Origin: a virus
Lineage: Duplodnaviria; Heunggongvirae; Uroviricota; Caudoviricetes
Strand: one strand, 5' to 3'
IMG/VR virus record: IMGVR_UViG_2531839446_000008
Length of the DNA: 34,394 nucleotides
Position 1 is the first letter of the stretch. Every line of letters begins with the position of its first letter. Of the stretch, positions 29,378-34,394 are shown piece by piece. The notes beneath the pieces were generated by a model, which saw nothing but the letters and a program-made list of their open reading frames with translations, was not told the DNA's origin and searched no databases. A program made the translations under genes and the position numbers.

Positions 29378-29724
29378 CAACCCGCTACACAGGAATGAAC
29401 CCGGACGGAACGGGAAACCTGAACGATACGGAGCACCTGAAACAGTCAGTCAGGGACATCCTGACCACCCCGCTGGCAAGCCGGGTTATGCGACGGGAAT
29501 ATGGCAGCCTTGTGCCTGATTTGATTGACGAACCCATGAATAACACAACTCGTCTGCAATGCATGAGTGCTGCCGTGATTGCGCTGACACGATGGGAACC
29601 CCGCATTGCCCTGGACGCCATCGACGTTGTCTGGAAGGCAGGAGGCCGCGCAGGGGTGACGCTGTCGGGCACTGTCATGCAGACCATGCAGAATGTTGAA
29701 TTAACCATCACGCTGAGAGAGTAA
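29374..29724 (+). CDS. W: Baseplate wedge protein, P2 gpW-like
   Basis: 116 aa; coupled to V. Confidence 0.75.
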   Translation: MTTRYTGMNPDGTGNLNDTEHLKQSVRDILTTPLASRVMRREYGSLVPDLIDEPMNNTTRLQCMSAAVIALTRWEPRIALDAIDVVWKAGGRAGVTLSGTVMQTMQNVELTITLRE

Positions 29725-29727
29725 ATC

Positions 29728-30624
29728 GTGCCTGCTGTTGACCTTTCCCAGTTACCGGAACCCGCCATCATCGCGGAGCCTGATTTTGAGGCAATTCTGG
29801 CTGACACAAAGGCCATGATAATTGCGTCCTATCCTGCCGAACAGCGTGAAGCCGTCTCCGCCGCGCTGAAGCTGGAATCGGAACCCCTGAACGTTATCGC
29901 TCAAACCATGTCTTTTCGTGAAATGCTGTTACGCCAGCGGGTCAATGAGGGTGCACGCGCCTGCATGCTAAGCCACAGCGCCGGGACAGACCTGGACAAC
30001 CTCGCGGGCAATATGAACACAAAGCGCCTGGTTATCACTCCGGCAACGGATACCACCGACGCAGTGATGGAAAGTGACACCTCGCTGAGACTACGGGCGC
30101 AACGGGCATATGACGGTCTGAGTGTTGCTGGCCCGTCAGGTGCATACGAGTATTTTGCACGCAGCGCCAGCGGTCTGGTACGCGATGCGCGGGCCATCAG
30201 CCCGTCTCCGGCCAACGTGACGGTTTCCATCCTGTCCACTGAGGGCGACGGCACAGCAACGGAGGCGTTGCTTAATACCGTTCGCGCCGTTCTGAATGCA
30301 GAGGATACCCGCCCGGTGGCCGACCGCCTGACCGTACAGAGTGCCAGAATCGTGACATGGCGGCTGAATGCAAAACTGTACTTTTACCCCGGCCCGGAAT
30401 CCGAACCTATTCTGGCCGCGGCGGAATCGTCGTTCAGGAAGTGGCTGTCTGAGCAGGGGCTTATCGGTCAGGACGTGGCGTTGTCAGCCATTGCTGCCGC
30501 ACTGCATGTGCACGGTGTGCAACGCGTGGAGATAATCGAACCCACACAAAATATGGCCATCAGCGACATACAGGCGGCGCGCTGTGAGTCATTCACCATC
30601 AGCGAAGGTGGGCGTAATGAGTAA
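29728..30624 (+). CDS. J: Baseplate protein, P2 gpJ-like
   Basis: 298 aa, GTG start. Confidence 0.75.
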   Translation: MPAVDLSQLPEPAIIAEPDFEAILADTKAMIIASYPAEQREAVSAALKLESEPLNVIAQTMSFREMLLRQRVNEGARACMLSHSAGTDLDNLAGNMNTKRLVITPATDTTDAVMESDTSLRLRAQRAYDGLSVAGPSGAYEYFARSASGLVRDARAISPSPANVTVSILSTEGDGTATEALLNTVRAVLNAEDTRPVADRLTVQSARIVTWRLNAKLYFYPGPESEPILAAAESSFRKWLSEQGLIGQDVALSAIAAALHVHGVQRVEIIEPTQNMAISDIQAARCESFTISEGGRNE

Positions 30625-31225
30625 TTCACTGTTACCGCCATCAGCCAGCAATTTCATGCATTGTGCCGAAGCTGTCGGAACGCGCATTACAGACATTCCG
30701 GTAAACCTCAACACGCTGTGGTCGCCGGACACCTGCCCGGTGCATCTGCTGCCTTATCTCGCCTGGGCATTTTCCGTTGACCGCTGGGATCGCAACTGGC
30801 CGGAAGAGACAAAGCGACAGGTGATTCGTGATGCATGGCTGATACACCGACACAAAGGGACCATCAGCGCACTGCGAAGAGCCGTGGAGCCTCTCGGCTA
30901 CCTGATTGAAGTAAAGGAGTGGTGGCAACTCAATGAGGAGCCTGGAACATTTCGCATTGTTGTCGGAGTACTTGATCAGGGCATCACCGATGAAATGTAT
31001 CAGGAACTTGAGCGCCTTATTGCGGATGCAAAACCAGTAAGTCGCCATCTGACAGGGCTGGCGATCAGTCTGAGTGTGAACGGAAAGATTTTCGTTGGTA
31101 CGGGATGCTATTACGGCGACGCCCTGACGGTTTATCCCTACACCCCGGAGTCCATTGTTGTCGAAGGGGATTATTTCCCGGCCCCGGCCATTCATTTAAT
31201 TGATAACCTGAGAGTAAACGCATGA
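30617..31225 (+). CDS. I: Baseplate protein, P2 gpI-like
   Basis: ATG at 30617 (MSNSLLPPSAS...); overlaps the J stop. Confidence 0.75.
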   Translation: MSNSLLPPSASNFMHCAEAVGTRITDIPVNLNTLWSPDTCPVHLLPYLAWAFSVDRWDRNWPEETKRQVIRDAWLIHRHKGTISALRRAVEPLGYLIEVKEWWQLNEEPGTFRIVVGVLDQGITDEMYQELERLIADAKPVSRHLTGLAISLSVNGKIFVGTGCYYGDALTVYPYTPESIVVEGDYFPAPAIHLIDNLRVNA

Positions 31226-32727
31226 CAGTGAAATACTACGCCATTCTGACTAATCAGGGCGCAGCACGACTGGCTAACGCGACGATGCTCGGCAGTAAGC
31301 TGAATCTGACGCAAATGGCCGTTGGTGATGCAAATGGTGTGTTACCAACACCAGACCCTGCACAAACAAAACTGATTAACCAGAAACGCATTGCACCGCT
31401 GAATCTTCTGAGTGTTGACCCTAACAATCAGAGCCAGATTATTGCGGAGCAAATCATCCCTGAAAACGAGGGAGGATTCTGGATCCGTGAGATTGGTCTT
31501 TATGATGATGAAGGTGTACTCATTGCGGTGGCAAACTGCCCGGAAACGTACAAACCGCAGTTGCAGGAAGGCAGTGGACGCACACAGACTATCCGCATGA
31601 TTCTGGTTGTCACGAACACCGAAGCCATCACGCTGAAAATCGACCCGTCTGTGGTTCTGGCAACCCGCAAATATGTGGATGATAAAATATCAGAGCACGA
31701 ACAATCACGACGTCACCCGGACGCCTCGCTGACCGTAAAAGGTTTTACTCAGTTAAGCAGTGCAATTAACAGTGAATCAGAAACACTGGCCGCAACACCG
31801 AAAGCGGTTAAGGCTGCATATGACCTGGCTAACGGGAAATATACCGCCCAGAACGCCACCACTACACAAAAAGGGATTGTTCAGCTCAGTAGCGCCACGA
31901 ACAGCACGTCTGAAACGCTGGCAGCGACACCAAAAGCTGTTAAGGCGGTAATGGATGAAACGAACAAGAAAGCACCATTAAACAGCCCGGCACTGACCGG
32001 AACGCCAACAACACCAACAGCGCCACAGGGGACTAATAGTACCCAGATCGCAAGCACGGCTTTCGTTATGGCCGCGATTGCCGCACTTGTAGATTCGTCA
32101 CCTGATGCACTGAACACGCTGAACGAACTGGCTGCGGCGCTGGGCAATGACCCGAATTTTGCGACCACCATGACTAACGCGCTTGCGGGTAAGCAACCGA
32201 AGGATGCCACCCTGACGGCGCTGGCGGAGCTTGCTACATCAGCAGATAAACTCCCATATTTTACAGGGGCAGATCGTGCCGCGTTAACCGCGTTGACAAG
32301 TGTTGGACGTGCCATTCTTGGTAAAACCAGCACTCAGGGAGTTCTTGATTACCTTGGTTTGGGAGAAGCGGCAAAACGGGATGTGGGAACAGGGGAAAAT
32401 CAGATACCGGATATGGCTTCTTTTGCCAGTGGTGATGGATGGATGAAATTACCCAACGGGAAAATCCTGCAATATGGTCGTGGTGCGATTACGCCGACAT
32501 TATCGACGCAAACAATGAGAATTACATTCAGCATCCCTTTTCCTAAAAAAGTGGACTGCGCCATGCTTACCCATTCTGGTGATGGTGGTGCACCTTTAGG
32601 TGCTGGACGGGGATTCGTGATGACCGCAGAAGGTCCAACATTAACCGGTTTTAATTCCGCTTACAGAACTGCATCAACCAGTTCCACAGTATCGATGAAT
32701 TACAGTTGGTGGGCTGTTGGTGAGTAA
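31222..32727 (+). CDS. H: Tail fibre protein, P2 gpH-like; C-terminal 120 aa lies inside the invertible segment
   Basis: 501 aa; the N-terminus MTVKYYAILTNQGAARLANA is the typical P2-family fibre N-terminus; the hix-like crossover site lies in-frame at 32342-32367. Confidence 0.8.
   Translation: MTVKYYAILTNQGAARLANATMLGSKLNLTQMAVGDANGVLPTPDPAQTKLINQKRIAPLNLLSVDPNNQSQIIAEQIIPENEGGFWIREIGLYDDEGVLIAVANCPETYKPQLQEGSGRTQTIRMILVVTNTEAITLKIDPSVVLATRKYVDDKISEHEQSRRHPDASLTVKGFTQLSSAINSESETLAATPKAVKAAYDLANGKYTAQNATTTQKGIVQLSSATNSTSETLAATPKAVKAVMDETNKKAPLNSPALTGTPTTPTAPQGTNSTQIASTAFVMAAIAALVDSSPDALNTLNELAAALGNDPNFATTMTNALAGKQPKDATLTALAELATSADKLPYFTGADRAALTALTSVGRAILGKTSTQGVLDYLGLGEAAKRDVGTGENQIPDMASFASGDGWMKLPNGKILQYGRGAITPTLSTQTMRITFSIPFPKKVDCAMLTHSGDGGAPLGAGRGFVMTAEGPTLTGFNSAYRTASTSSTVSMNYSWWAVGE
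31741..31955. repeat. Internal tandem duplication in the tail fibre gene
   Basis: Two consecutive units of about 35 aa each containing SETLAATPKAVKA (QLSSAINSESETLAATPKAVKAA... and QLSSATNSTSETLAATPKAVKAV...). Confidence 0.7.
32342..32367. other. Left recombination site of the invertible segment (hix/gix-like)
   Basis: ttcttgattaccttggtttgggagaa resembles hixL (TTCTTGAAAACCAAGGTTTTTGATAA); an inverted copy sits at 34243-34268. Confidence 0.6.
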
Positions 32728-32747
32728 TTTTATTAAGGGTGATTTAT

Positions 32748-33191
32748 ATGAACGAATATGTTTATAGCGCAAGGCATAATGCTTTTTTCCCTGTGGATAT
32801 GATTGATAAATATAAATCAGAGGGATGGGATTTATCAGATGCTAAAGAGGTGAATCAAAATATTATCAGTGAATTTATGGCTGAACCGCCACAAGGAAAA
32901 ATCCGTATTGCCGGAGGTGATGGGCTGCCTGCGTGGGCAGATATTCCTCCACCCACGCATGAAGAACTTATTGAAATTACTGAATCAGAAAGACAGCTAC
33001 TAATTAACCAGGCCAACGAATACATGAACAGTAAGCAATGGCCCGGCAAAGCCGCTATTGGTCGTCTGAAAGGTGATGAACTGGCGCAATATAATTTGTG
33101 GCTGGATTATCTGGACGCACTGGAGCTGATCGATACTTCCGGTGCACCAGATATTGAATGGCCTACGCCTCCGGCAGTTCAGGCCAGATGA
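32748..33191 (+). CDS. Tail fibre assembly chaperone (Tfa), current orientation
   Basis: ATG at 32748 (MNEYVYSARHNAFFP...); follows the H variable region. Confidence 0.7.
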   Translation: MNEYVYSARHNAFFPVDMIDKYKSEGWDLSDAKEVNQNIISEFMAEPPQGKIRIAGGDGLPAWADIPPPTHEELIEITESERQLLINQANEYMNSKQWPGKAAIGRLKGDELAQYNLWLDYLDALELIDTSGAPDIEWPTPPAVQAR

Positions 33192-33765
33192 CATCCGGCG
33201 CGGTGCTGGTATCTGTTGCCGTCACCGCGTCAATGTAATCCAGCACAGCGTTAAGTCTGGTTGTTTCTGCCTGCGTCAGTTTACGTCCGGCCTGCAATTT
33301 CAGTTGAATCAGACTGATGGAAGCCATTGCTGCATCAATCAGTGACTGGCGCTGTGCTTCTGCCGCGTCTACTGCGGCGCTATGCTGTGCCTCGGTATCC
33401 GTCACCCATTTCTTACCATCCCATTCATCGTATGGCGTTAACGGGGCGATAGTGGTTGTATTTTCGGGATAGTCGCCCGGTGCTGTGATTTCTTTGGCAT
33501 CTCCCGTTTCGGTGTTATAGACAATTTCACCGCGATGGTCCGGCACATATTCCCATGAGTTTAAATCTATCGAACGGCAGATAGCATAACCCGCCTTATG
33601 TGTGCCAGGGGCATCTAAACAGGAATATGCAGGGATACCGACGCCAACAGCAAGATATTCATTTGAAGTGGAAATATATTCCCGGGTTTCACTATCATAG
33701 TTATACACTGTAATATTCCCTGCTTTGGTGGCGATAATCTCGCTATTTAATATGGCGTTATCCAT
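33163..33765 (-). CDS. Alternative tail fibre assembly chaperone (Tfa'), inverted orientation
   Basis: 200-aa ORF; its C-terminus converges on and overlaps the plus-strand Tfa C-terminus, and both end with a similar ...IDTS/ATDTSxAPDI(E/V)WP motif. Confidence 0.65.
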   Translation of the reverse strand: MDNAILNSEIIATKAGNITVYNYDSETREYISTSNEYLAVGVGIPAYSCLDAPGTHKAGYAICRSIDLNSWEYVPDHRGEIVYNTETGDAKEITAPGDYPENTTTIAPLTPYDEWDGKKWVTDTEAQHSAAVDAAEAQRQSLIDAAMASISLIQLKLQAGRKLTQAETTRLNAVLDYIDAVTATDTSTAPDVIWPELPEA

Positions 33766-34298
33766 TATGCAGCCCTCACAATATAGTTAAATGCAATATT
33801 CCTTGGTCGAACCCTAAAACCAGCCCCTGCGCCTGCTCCAGTTGGTGGCAATTCGATAGAGGGGTATGCTGTTGCAGGGGAATATAAACCTTCACGGGAA
33901 TCATAATCAGTCGTCATATAGTTAGACGTATTATCAGAAACAGTTTCTGTCGGTCTGGTAACCAGACGATAAGAGCCAGTGGTTGGTGACCTGACCAGAC
34001 CAAAACTTTCAACCAGAGTAGCTTTTTGAAAGCTTAATAATCCCCGACCACTGTCAGCTCCGCGCCCATCATCCCAGCCACGAATAAACTCACCGCGTAA
34101 ATCAGGCAGTTTATTTGTCGGATAAGCCTTTGCCAGTTTAGGATATTCAACGGCAGAAAATGCCGCACCGTTGCATTTCAGCCAGCCTGTTGGCGGAGTG
34201 GCGGAAGGCCACGGAACAGGCACACCCGCGGGTAATGCCGAACCTTCTCCCAAACCAACGTTTAAGAAAATGCAGAGATTACGGCTAACTGGCATCAT
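33765..34298 (-). CDS. Alternative tail fibre C-terminal variable segment, silent in this orientation
   Basis: ORF reading inward from the right crossover site; it has no independent start context, and after inversion it would fuse to the H constant region at the shared GLGE junction. Confidence 0.6.
   Translation of the reverse strand: MMPVSRNLCIFLNVGLGEGSALPAGVPVPWPSATPPTGWLKCNGAAFSAVEYPKLAKAYPTNKLPDLRGEFIRGWDDGRGADSGRGLLSFQKATLVESFGLVRSPTTGSYRLVTRPTETVSDNTSNYMTTDYDSREGLYSPATAYPSIELPPTGAGAGAGFRVRPRNIAFNYIVRAA
34243..34268. other. Right recombination site of the invertible segment
   Basis: Plus strand cttctcccaaaccaacgtttaagaa is the reverse complement of ttcttaaacgttggtttgggagaag, sharing a ttggtttgggagaag core with the left site. 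Confidence 0.6.
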
Positions 34299-34325
34299 CC
34301 CCGGTTTTTATTCAGGGGATCCATC

Positions 34326-34394
34326 ATGCTTATTGGCTATGTCCGCGTATCAACAAATGACCAGAATACAGAATTGCAGCGTAACGCGCTGGAG
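34326..34394 (+). CDS. Serine DNA invertase (Pin/Gin/Hin family), N-terminal fragment
   Basis: MLIGYVRVSTNDQNTELQRNALE is the conserved resolvase/invertase N-terminus containing the catalytic Ser; truncated by the window edge. Confidence 0.8.
   Translation, partial: MLIGYVRVSTNDQNTELQRNALE

Larger units (their letters stand above)
32342..34268. mobile_element. Invertible tail-fibre host-range segment (Mu G / P1 C / e14 P type)
   Basis: Inverted hix-like sites flank two opposed sets of fibre C-terminus plus tail-fibre-assembly gene; the invertase gene starts just outside the segment. Confidence 0.7.
5650..34394. mobile_element. P2-like (Peduovirus-type) prophage, left end and most of the body; right end beyond the window
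   Basis: Collinear P2 gene order: int, C, cox-like, A, [hotspot], Q, P (minus), O, N, M, L, X, holin, lysin, lysB/C, R, S, V, W, J, I, H, inserted immediately after btuC. The exact attL is not resolved. Confidence 0.85.

Overview
The window starts in a conserved E. coli-type chromosomal block (selO/ydiU, ydiV, nlpC, btuD, btuE, btuC, all on the minus strand) and then runs into a P2-like prophage that fills the rest of the window (~5.65 kb to the end). The prophage is in prophage order: attL-proximal cargo, integrase, C repressor, Cox-like early operon, rolling-circle replication initiator gpA, an accessory hotspot, then the late genes Q/P (minus) and O, N, M, L, X, holin, endolysin, lysB/lysC spanins, R, S, V, W, J, I, H, followed by an invertible tail-fibre segment and the start of a Pin/Gin-type invertase. 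The most interesting part is the hotspot between gpA and Q. It holds a plasmid-type ParM/ParR segregation module and, in an AT-rich insert, a translationally coupled pair encoding a classic-clade AAA+ ATPase with a C-terminal HTH and a large, apparently cytoplasmic S8 subtilisin-like peptidase. I read this pair as a candidate anti-phage defence system that I cannot assign to a named family. All calls rest on reading the ORF translations and the DNA by eye; no database search was run.
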